Translations under genes and position numbers: made by a program
Shown: piece by piece, positions 13,133 to 24,200 of the stretch
Numbering within the stretch: the first letter of the stretch is position 1
How the letters are laid out: each line of letters starts with the position of its first letter
The notes under the pieces: model-generated
What the model saw: the letters and a program-made list of their open reading frames with translations, nothing else
Databases searched by the model: none
What the model was told of the DNA's origin: nothing
Assembly (NCBI GenBank): GCA_964016885.1
Contig: OZ024753.1
Coordinates: 26,412,001 to 26,476,000 of the forward strand
DNA: 64,000 nucleotides
Direction: 5' to 3'
Source of the DNA: Eledone cirrhosa
Lineage: Eukaryota

Positions 13133-14803
13133 CTATGGCTTGGAGTTTAATTCTAAGTCTAAAGTTAGTGGTTGGGTTTTAAGTCTAAGTCTAAGGTTTG
13201 AGGTTGGGGTTTAAGTCTATGTCTAAGGCTTGGGGTTGGGGTTTAAGTCTAAATCTAAGTCTTTGGGTTGGGGTTTAAGTTTACGTTTAAGTTTACGTTT
13301 GGGTTTTAAGTCTAAGGCTTGTTAGGGTTTAATTCTAAGGCTTGGGGTTGTGGTTTAAGTCTATGTATTAGGCTTGTGGTTGGGGTTTAATTCTAAATCT
13401 AAGGCTCTGGTTTGGGGTTAGTGTGTATATCTAAGGCTTAAGGTTGGGGTTTAAGTCTAAGTCTAAATCTTGGAGTTGGGGTTTAAGTCTATGTCTAAGG
13501 CTTGGGGTTGGAGTTTAAGTTTACGGGTTGGGCTAAGGCTTGGGGTTGGGGTTCGGTCTTGAGACTAAGTCTTGTTGTTAGGGTTTAATTCTAAGGCTTG
13601 GTGTTATGGTTTAAGTCTATCCATAAGTCTTGGAGTTGGGGTTTAATTCTAAGTCTAAGGCTTTGGTTTGGGGTTAGTGTGTATATCTAAGGCTTGATGT
13701 TGGGGTTTATGTCTACGCCTAAGTCTTGGAGTTGGGGTTTAAGTTTACGTCTAAGGCTAGGGGTTGGGGTGTAAGTCTACGTCTAAGGCTTGGGGTTGGG
13801 GTTTAAGTCTATGTCTAAGCCTTGGGTTTGGGGTTTAAGTCTAAGTTTAAGGTTTGGGGTTAGGGTTTAAGTCTAAGGCCTGGAGTTGGGCTTTAAGTCT
13901 AAGTCTAAGGCTTGTGGTTGGGATTTAAGTCTAACTCTAAGGCTTTGGGTTGAAGTTTAAGTCTATGTCTAAGGCTTGGAGTTGGGGTTTAAGTCTAACT
14001 CTAAGGCTTCGGGTTAGGGTTTATGTTTAAGTCTAAATCTTCAGTTTGGGGTTTAAGTCTAATTTTAAGGCTTTGGATAGAGGTTTAAGTCTACGTCAAA
14101 GGCTTGGGTTTGGTCTTTAAGTCTATACCTAAGGCTTTGGTTTTGGGTTTAAATCTAAATGTAAGGCTTGGGAGTTTGTGTTTATGCCTAAGTCTAAGGC
14201 TTGGGGCTGGTGTTTAAGTCTAAGGCTTGGGGTTAGTGTTTAAGTCTAAGGTTTGGTGTTGGGATTTAAATCTAAGTCTAATGCTAGTGGTTGGGTTTTA
14301 AGTTAAGTCTAAGTCTTGGGCTTGGGGTTTAAGTTAAGTCTATGTCTAAGGCTTGGGGTTGGGGATTAAATCTACGTCTAAGGCTTTGTGATGTGATTTA
14401 AGTCTAAGGCTAAGGCCTGGGGTTGAGGTTTAAATCTAAGTCTAAGGCTATGGCTTGGAGTTTAATTCTAAGTCTAAAGTTAGTGGTTGGGTTTTAAGTC
14501 TAAGTCTAAGGTTTGAGGTTGGGGTTTAAGTCTATGTCTAAGGCTTGGGGTTGGGGTTTAAGTCTAAATCTAAGTCTTTGGGTTGGGGTTTAAGTTTACG
14601 TTTAAGTTTACGTTTGGGTTTTAAGTCTAAGGCTTGTTAGGGTTTAATTCTAAGGCTTGGGGTTGTGGTTTAAGTCTATGTATTAGGCTTGTGGTTGGGG
14701 TTTAATTCTAAATCTAAGGCTCTGGTTTGGGGTTTGTGTCTACGTCTAAGGCTTAAGGTTGGGGTTTAAGTCTAAGTCTAAATCTTGGAGTTGGGGTTTA
14801 AGT
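13133..14803 (+). repeat. Complex rearrangement in satellite A: X(13133-13488)-Y(~13481-14449, copy of ~10856-11823)-X'(14448-14803) (also at +31,980)
   Basis: Y matches 10861 onward at offset 2,625-2,626. X and X' match at offset 1,315 and share rare variants 'ctaaagttagtgg', 'tttacgtttaagtttacgtttggg' and 'ctatgtattagg'. Confidence 0.85.
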
Positions 14804-15235
14804 TTACGTCTAAGGCTTGGGGTTGGGGACTAAGTCTAAGTCTAAGGCTTGAAGCTGCGGTTTAAGTCTAAGTCTAAGTCTTGAAGTTGGGGTTTAAATC
14901 TATGTCTATGGCTTGGAGTTTAAGTCTGAGTCTAATGCTAGTGGTTGGGGTTTAAGTCTAAGTTTAAGGCTTTGGGTTGAGGTTTAAGTCTATGTCTGAG
15001 GCTTGGGATTGGGGTTTAAGTCTAAGTCTAACGCTTGCGCTTGATCTTCAAGTTTAACTCTAAGGCTAGGGGTTGGGGTGTAAGTCTAAATCTATGCCTT
15101 GTGGTTGGGGTTTGAATCAATGTCTAAGGCTTGGCGTTTAAGTCTAAATCTAAAGCTTAATATTGGGGATTAAGTCTAAGCCTAAGGCTTGGGGTTCAGG
15201 TTTAAGTCTAAGTCTAAGGCTTGGGTTGGGCTTTA

Positions 15236-18200
15236 GGTGCCGTTACCTATGTTGGGAGGGTGCCGTTACCTATGTTGGGAGAGTGCCGTTACCTATGTTA
15301 GGAGGGTGCCGTTACCTATATTGGGAGAGTGCCATTACCTATGTTGGGATGGTGCGGTTACCTATGTTGGGAGGGTGCCGTTCGCTATGTTAGGAGGGTG
15401 CCATTACCTATGTTGGAAGGGTGCCATTACCTATGTTAGGAGGGTGCCATTACCTATGTTGAGAGAGTGCCGTTACCTATGTTAGGAGGGTGCAGTTACC
15501 TATGTTGGGAGGGTGTCGTTACCTATGTTAGGAAAGTACCGTTACCTATGTTGGGAGGGTGCCGTTACCTATGTTGGAAGAGTGCCATTACCTATGTTAA
15601 GAGGGTGCCGTTACCTATGTTGAGAGAGTGCCGTTACCTATGTTAGGAGGGTGCCGTTACCTATGTTAGGAGGGTGCCATTACCTATGTTGGAGGGGTGC
15701 CATTACCTCTGTTAGGAGGGTGACATTACCTTTGTTGAGAGAATGCCGTTACCTATGTTAGGATGCCGTTACCTATGTTAGGATGCCGTTACCTATGTTG
15801 GAAGGGTGCCGTTACCTATGTTGGGAGGGTGCCGTTACCTATGTTGGAAGAGTGCCATTACCTATGTTAGCAGGGTGCCATTACCTATGTTAGTAGGGTG
15901 CCGTTACCTATGTTAGGAGAGTGCCCTTACCTATGTTGGGAGGGTGCCGTTACCTATGTTGGGAGATTGCCGTTACCTATGTTGGGAGAGTGCCATTACC
16001 TATGTAGGGAGGGTGCCGTTACCTATGTTAGGAGGGTGCCGTTACCTATGTTGGGAGAGTGCCAGTACCTATGTTAGGAGGGTGCCGTTACCTATGTTGA
16101 GAGAGTGCCAGTACCTATGTTGGGAGGGTGCCGTTACCTATGTTGGGAGAGTGCCGTTACCTATGTCGGGAGGGTGCCGTTACCTATGTTGGGAGAGTGG
16201 TGTTACCTATGTTGGGAGGGTGCCGTTACCTATGTTGGGAGAGTGCCATTACCTATGTTAAGAGGGTGCCGTTACCTATGTTGGGAGAGTGCCGTTACCT
16301 ATGCTAGGAGGGTGCCTTTACCTATGTTGGAAGGGTGCTGTTACCTATGTTAGGAGGGTCCTGTTACCTATGTTGGGAGGGTGCCATTACCTATGTTAGG
16401 AGGGTGCCATTTCCTATGTTGGAAGGGTGTCGTTACCTATGTTAGGAGGGTGCCGTTACCTATGTTAGGAGGGTGCCGTTACCTATGTTATGAGGGTACC
16501 GTTACCTATGTTAGGAGGGTACCGTTATCTATGTTGGCAGGGTGCCGTTACCTATGTTAGGAGGGTGCCATTTCCTATGTTGGAAGGGTGTCGTTACCTA
16601 TGTTAGGAGGGTGCTGTTACCTATTATAGGAGAGTGCCGTTACCTATGTTGGGAGGGGGCCGTTATGTATGTTGGGAGATTGGCGTTACCTATGTTGGGA
16701 GAGTGCCGTTTCCTTAGTTGGGAGGGTGCCGTTACCTATGTTGGGAGAATGCCGTTACCTATGTTGGGAGGGTGCCGTTACCTATGTTAGGAGAGTGCAG
16801 TTACCTATGTTGGGAGAGCGTTGGAAGGGTGCCGTTACCTATGTTAGGAGGGTGCCGTTACCTATGTTGGGATGGTGTCGTTACTTAAGTTGGAAGGGTG
16901 CAGTTAACTATGTATTTTGTCGAATGTCGTTACGTATGCTGCGAGGGTTCCGTTACCTATGTTGGGAGAGCGCCTTTACCTATGTTAGGAGGGTGCCATT
17001 ACCTATGTTGGAAGGGTGCCGTTACCTATGTTGGAAGGGTGCCGTTACCTATGTTTGGAGGGTGCCGTTACCTGTGTAGGGAGGGTGCCGTTACCTATGT
17101 TGGGAGAGTGCCATTACCTATGTTGAGAGGGTGCCGTTAACTATGTTGGAAGGGTGCTATTACCTATCTCGGGAGGGTGCCGTTACCTATGTTAGGAGAG
17201 TGCCGTTACCTATGTTGGGAGGGTGCCGTTTCCTATGTTAGGAGGGTGCCGTTACATATGTTAGGAGAGTGCCATTACCTATGTTAGGAGGGTGCTATTA
17301 CCTATGTTGGAAGGGAGCCAGTACCTATGTTAGGAGGGTGCCATAACCTACGTTAGGAGAGTGCCATTACCTATGTTAGGAGGATGCCGTTACTTATGTT
17401 GAGAGGGTGCCGTTACCTAAGTTGGGAGAGTGCTGTTACCTATGTTGTGAGGGTGCCGTTTCCTATGTTCGAAGGGTAGCGTTACCTATGTTGGGAGAGT
17501 GCGAGTACCTATGTTAGGAGAGTGCTATTACCTATGTTAGGAGGGTGACATTACCTATGTTAGGAGGGTGCTGTTACCTATGTTAGGAGGATGCCGTTAC
17601 CTATGTTGGGAGCATGCCGTTACCTATGTTGGGAGAGTGCCATTACCTATGTAGGGAGGGGGTCGTTACCTATGTTAGGAGGGAGCCATTACCTATGTTG
17701 GAAGGGTGCCGTTACCGATGTTGGGAGGGTGCCGTTACCTATGTTGGGAGAGAGCCATTACTTATGTTAGGAGGGTGCCGTTACCTATGTTAGGAGGGTA
17801 CCATTACTTATATTGGAAGCGTGCCATTACTTATGTTAGGAGGGTGCCATTACCTATGTTACGAGAGTGCCATTACCTATGTTAGGAGGGTGACATTACC
17901 TATGTTGGGAGGGTGCCGTTACCTAAGTTCGGAGTGTGCTGTTACCTGTGTTGGGAGGGTGCATTTACCTATGTTGGGAGATTGCCGTTACCTATGTTGG
18001 GAGAGTGCCATTACCAATGTAGGGAGGGTGCCGTTACCTATGTTAGGAGGGTGCCGTTACCTATGTTGGGAGAGTGCCGTTACCTATGTTGGGAGAGTGC
18101 CTCTACCTATGTTGGGAGGGTGCCGTTACCTATGTTGGGAGAGTGCCGTTACCTATGTCGGGAGGGTGCCGTTACCTATGTTGGGAGATTGGCGTTACCT

Positions 18201-21200
18201 ATGTTGGGAGGGTGCCGTTACCTATGTTGGGAGAGTGCCGTTACCTATGTTGGGAGAGTGCTGGTACCTATGTTGGGCGGGTGCCGTTACCTATGTTGGA
18301 AGGTAGCCGTTACCTTTGTTAGGAGGGTGCTTTTACCTATGTTGCGAGGGTGCCGTTACCTATGTTAGGAGGGTGCCATTACCTATGTTAGGAGAGTGCC
18401 GTTACCTATGTTGGGAGAGTGTTGGAAGGGTGCCGTTACCTATGTTAGTAGGGTGCCGTTACCTATTATAGGAGAGTGTCGTTACCTATGTTGGGAGGGT
18501 GCCGTTACCTATGTTGGGAGGGTTCCGTTACCGATGTTCGGAGAGTGCCGTTACCTATTATAGGAGAGTGCCGTTACCTATGTTGGGAGGGTGCCATTAC
18601 CTATGTTGGAGGGTGCCGTTACCTATGTTAGGAGAGTGCCGTTACCTATGTTGGGAGAGTGTTGGAAGGGTGCCGTTACCTTTGTTGGGAGGGTGTCGTT
18701 ACCTATGTTAGGACAGTGCCATTATCAATGTTGGGAGGGTGCCGTTCCCTAAGTTGGGAGAGTGCGAGTACCCATGTTAGGAGAGTGCCATTACCTATGT
18801 TAGAAGGGTGCAATTACCTATGTTGGGAGAGTGCCGTAACCTATGTTGGGAGAGTGCCATTACCTATGTTGGGGGGGGGTCGTTACCTATGTTAGGAGGG
18901 AGCCATTACTTATGTTGGAAGGGTACCGTTACCGATGTTGGAAGGGTGCCGTTACCTATGTTGGGAGAGTGCCATTAGTTATGTTAGGAGGGTGCCGTTA
19001 CCTATGTTAGGAGGGTGCCATTACCTATGTTGGAAGGGTGCGATTACCTATGGTAGGAGGTTGCCATTACCTATGTTAGGAGAGTGCCATTACCTATGGT
19101 AGGAGGGTGCCGTTACCTATGTTGGGAGGTCGCTGTTACCTATGTTGGGAGAGTGGCGTTACCTATGTTGGGAGGGTGCCGTTACCTAAGTTGGGAGAGT
19201 GCTGTTGCCTATGTTGGGAGTGTGCCGTTACCTATGTTGGAAGGGTGGCGTTAATTATGTTGGGAGAATGCGAGTACCTATGTTGGGAGAGTGCCGTTAC
19301 CTATGTTGGGAGAGCGCCGTTACCTATGTTGGGAGAGTGGCGTTACCTATGTTGGGAGGGTGCAGTTACCTATGTTGGGAGAGTGCCATTATCTATGTTA
19401 GGAGGGTGCCGTTACCTATCTTAGGAGGCTGCCATTACCTATGTAGGTAGGGTGCCGTTACCTTTGTTAGGAGGGTGCCTTTACCTATGTTAGGAGAGTG
19501 CCGTTACCTATGTTGGGAGATTGGCGTTACGTATGTTGGGAAAGTGCCATTACCTATGTTAGGAGGGTGCCGTTACCTATGTCTGGAGAGTGCCATTACC
19601 TATTTTAGGAGGGTGCCGTTACCTATGTTGGGACAGTGCCATTACCTATGTTGGGAGGGTGCCGTTACCTAAGTTGGGAGAGTGCTGTTACCTATGTTGT
19701 GAGGGTGCCGTTACATATGTTGGAAGGGTGGCGTTACCTATGTTGGGAGAGTGCGTGTACCTATGTTAGGAGAGTGCCATTACCTATGTTAGGAGGGTGC
19801 CATTACCTATGTTAGGAGAGTGCCATTACCTACGTTAGGAGGGTGCCGTTACCTATGTTGGGAGAGTGCAGTTACGTATGTTGGGAGTGTGCCGTTACCT
19901 ATGTTGGAAGGGTGGCGTTACTTATGTCGGGAGAGTGCGAGTACCTATGTTGGGACGGCGCCGTTACCTATGTTGGGAGAGTGCCGTTACCTATGTTGGG
20001 AGGGTGCCGTTACCTATGTTGGGAGATTGCCGTTACGTATGTTGGGAGAGTGCCATTACCTATGTTAGGAGGGTGCCGTTACCAATGTTAGGGGCGTGCC
20101 GTTACCTATGTTGGGAGGGTGCCGTTATCTATGTTGGGAGAGTGCCATTACCTATGGTAGGAGGGTGCCGTTACGTATGTTGGGAGGGTGCTTTTACCTA
20201 TGTTAGGAGGGTGCCGATACCTATGTTGGGAGAGTGCCATTACCTATGTTGGAGGGTGCCGTTACCTATGTTAGGTGAGTGCCAGTACCTATGTTGGGAG
20301 GGGGCCGTTACCTATGTAGGGAGACTGGCGTTACCTATGTTGGGAGGGTGCCATTACCTATGTTGGGAGAGTGCCATTACCTATGTAAGTATTTTACCGT
20401 TACCTATGTTAGGAGGGTGCCATTACCTCAGTTGGGAGAGTGCTGTTACCTATGTTGTGAGGGTGCCGTTACCTATGTTGGAAGGGTGGCGTTACCTATT
20501 TTGGGAGAGTGCCATTACCTATGTAAGGAGGTTGCCGTTACCTATGTTGGGAGGCTGCCATTATCTATGTTAGGAGGGTGCCGTGACCTATGTTAGGAGG
20601 GTGCCATTACCTATATTAGGAGAGTACCGTTACCTATGTTGAGAGGCTGCCGTTACCTATGTAGGGAGAGTGGCGTTACCTATGTTGGGAGGGTGCCATT
20701 ACCTATGTTGGGAGAGTGCCATTACCTATGTAAGGAGGTTGCATTACCTATGTTGGGAGGGTGCCATTATCTATGTTAGGAGGGTGACGTTACCTATGTT
20801 AGGAGGGTGCCATTACCTATGAAGGAAGGGTGCCGTTACCTATGTTAGGAGGGTGCCTTTACCTATGTTAGGAGAGTGCCGTTACCTATGTTGGGAGGGT
20901 GCCGTTACCTATGTTAGGAGGGTGCCGTTACCTATGTTGGGAGGGTGCTGTTACCTATGTTGAGAGAATGCCATTACCTATGTTAGGAGTGTGCCGTTAC
21001 CTATGTTGCGAGAGTGTTGGAAGGGTGCCGTTACCTATATTAGGAGGGTGCCGTTACCTATGTTGGGAGGGTGCCGTTACCTATGTTGGGAGAATGCCAT
21101 TACCTATGTTAGGAGGGTGCCTTTACCTATGTTGGAAGTGTGCCGTTACCTATGTTAGGAGGGTGCCGTTACCTATGTTGGGAGGGTGCCTTTACCTATA

Positions 21201-24200
21201 ATGGAAGGGTGCCGTTACCTATGTTAGGAGGGTGCCGTTACCTATGTTAGTAGGGTGTCATTACTAATGTTAGGAGGGTGCCATTACCTATGTTGGAAGT
21301 GTGCTGTTACCTATGTTAAGCGGGTGCCGTTACCTATGTTGGGAGGGTGCTGTTACCTATGTTGGGCGAGTGCCATTACCTATGTTAGGAGGGTGCGTTA
21401 CCTATGTTAGGAGGGTGCCGTTACCTATGTTGGGAGAGTGCCATTACCTATGTTGTGAGCGTGCCTTACCTATGTTGGGTGAGTGCCATTTCCTATGTTA
21501 AGAGGGTACCGTTACCTATATTAGGAGGGTGCCATTACCTATGTTGGAAGAGTGCCATTACCTATGGTGGGAGGGTGCCATTACCTATATTGAGAGAGTG
21601 CCGTTACCTATGTTAGGAGAGTGCCGTTACCTATGTTGGGAGGGTGGTGCTACCTATGTTGGGAGGGTGGTGCTACCTATGTTGGGAGAGTGCCGTTACC
21701 TATGTTAGGAGTGTGCCGTTACCTATGTTGGGAGAGTCTTGGAAGCGTGCCGTTACCTATGTTGGGAGGGTGTCGTGACCTATGTTGGGACAGTGCCATT
21801 ACCTATGTTGGAAGGGTGCAGTTACCTATGTTAGAAGAATGTCGTTACGTATGTTGGGAGGGTTCCTTTACCTATGTTGGGAGAGCGCCATCACCTATGT
21901 TAGGAGGGTCCCATTACCTATGTTGGAAGGGTGTCGTTACCTTTGTTGGAAGGGTGCCGTTACCTCTGTTTGGGGGTGCCGTTACCTATGTTGTAAGGGT
22001 GCTATTACCTATGTTGGGAGGGTGCCGTTACCTATGTTAGGAGAGTGCCGTTACCTATGTTCGGAGGGTGGTGCTACCTATGTTGGGAGGGTGGTGCTAC
22101 CTATGTTGGGAGAGTGCCGTTAACTATGTTAGGAGAGTGACGTTACCTATATTGGGAGAGTGCCGTTACCTATGTAAGCAGGGTGCCGTTACCTATGTTA
22201 GAAAGGTGCCGCTACCTATGTTAGGAGAGTGCCATTACCTATGTTAGGAGGGTGCCATTACTTATGTTGGAAGGGTGCCATTACCTATGTTAGGAGGGTG
22301 CCATTACCTAAGTTATGAGAGTGCCATTACCTATGTTAGGAGGGTGTCGTTTCCTATGTTGGGAGGGTGCTGTTACCTAAGTTGGGAGAGTGCTGTTACC
22401 TATGTTGGGAGGGTGGCGTTAGCTATTTTGGAAGGGTGGCGTTACCTATGTTGGGAGAGTGCGAGTACCTATGTTATGAGAGTGTCATTACCTATGTTAG
22501 GAGGGTTCCATTACCTATTTTAGGAGGGTGCCATTACCTATGTTGGAAGAGTGCGGTTACCTATGTTAGGAGGGTGCCGTTACATATGTTGGGAGGGTGG
22601 CGTTACCTATGTTGAGAGAGTGCGAGTACCTATGTTGGGAGGGTGCCGTTACCTATGTTGGGAGAGTGCCGTTACCTCTGTTACGAGGGTGCCGTTACCT
22701 GTTAGGAGGGTGCCTTTACCTATGTTAGGAGGGTGCCATTACCTATGTTAGAAGGGTGCCGTTACCTATGTTAGGAAGGTGCCGTTACCTATGTTAGGAG
22801 GGTGCCGTTATCTATGTTGGGAGGGTGCCGTTACCTATGTTAGGAGTGTGCCATTACCTATGTTGGAAGGGTGCCGTTACCTATGTTAGGAAGGTGCCTT
22901 TACCTATGTTAGGAGAGTGCCGTTACCTATGTTGGGAGAATGCCATTACCTATGTTAGGAGGGTGCCATTACCTATGTTGCAGGGTTCCGTTACCTATGT
23001 TAGGAGTGTGCTGTTACCTATGTTAGGGGAGTGCCGTTATCTATGTTGAGAGGGTGCCGTTACCTATGTTTGGAGGGTGCCGTTACCTCTGTTAGGAGTG
23101 TGCTGTTACCTATGTTAGGAGAGTGCCGTTATCTATGTTGAGAGGATGCCGTTACCTATGTTGGGAGAGTTCCGTTACCTATGTTGGGAGAGTGCCGTTA
23201 CGGATGTTAGGAGGGTGCCGTTACCTATCTTAGGAGGGTGCCGTTACCTATGTTAGGAGAGTGCCGTTACCTATGTTGGGAGGGTGCCGTTACCTATTTT
23301 GGGAGGGTGTCGCTACCTATGTTGGAAGTGAGCCATTACCTATGTTGGAAGGGTGCCGTTACCTATGTTAGGAGGGTGCCGTTACCTATGTTAGGAGAGT
23401 GCCGTTACCTATGTTGGGAGAGTGACGTTACCTATGCTGGGAGAGTGCCGTTACCTATGTTGGGAGGGTGCCGTTAACTATGTTGGGAGAGTGCCATCAC
23501 CTATGTTAGGAGGGTGCCGTTACCTATGTTGGGAGGGTGCCGTTACCTATGTTGCGAGAGTGCCATTACTTATCTTAGGAGGGTGCCGTTACCTATGTTG
23601 GGAGAGTGTTGGAAGGGTGCCGTTACCTGTGTTGGGAAGGTGTCGTTACCTATGTTGGGATTGTGCCATTACCTATGTTGGGAGGGTGCAGTTACGTATG
23701 TTGGGAGGGTGCCGTTACCGTTGTTGAGAGAGTGCCAATACCTATGTTGAGAGGGTTCCGTTACCTATATTAGTAGGGTGTCATTACCAATGTTAGGAGG
23801 GTGCCATTACCTATGTTGGAAGTGTGCTGTTACCTATGTTAAGCGGGTGCCATTACCTATGTTGGGAGGGTGCTGTCACCTATGTTGGGAGAGTGCCATT
23901 ACCTATGTTAGGAGGGTGCGTTACCTATGGTAGGAGGGTGCCGTTACGTATGTTGGGAGGGTGCTTTTACCTATGTTAGGAGGGTGCCGATACCTATGTT
24001 AGGAGTGTGCTGTTACCTATGTTGGGAGAGTGTTGGAAGCGTGCCGTTACCTATGTTGGGAGGGTGTCGTTACCTATGTTGGGACAGTTCCATTACCTAT
24101 GTTGGAAGGGTGCAGTTACCTATGTTAGAAGAATGTCGTTACGTATGTTGGGAGGGTTCCCTTACCTATGTTGGGAGAGCGCCATCACCTATGTTGGGAG

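Larger units (their letters stand above)
1..15235 (+). repeat. Satellite A array, block 1 (left end outside window): ~32-bp monomer TAAGTCTAAGTCTAAGGCTTGGGGTTGGGGTT with 26-bp variants lacking one hexamer
   Basis: Continuous head-to-tail degenerate copies, e.g. 'ggggtttaagtctaagtctaaggcttggggtt' near 2680-2711 and 6315-6345. Length variants differ mostly by 6-bp units. G-rich on + strand throughout, with no inversion seen. Confidence 0.98.

Noticed and set aside
13133-14803. LTR-like element (direct repeats flanking an internal segment)
   Set aside because: Both flanks and interior are ordinary satellite A with a local donor. There are no LTR termini, primer-binding site, target-site duplication or coding sequence.
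18871-18879. G9 vs G10 difference as a biological frameshift
   Set aside because: It lies in non-coding satellite, and homopolymer length is a common sequencing or consensus error. It is used only to explain the offset change from 31,980 to 31,981.
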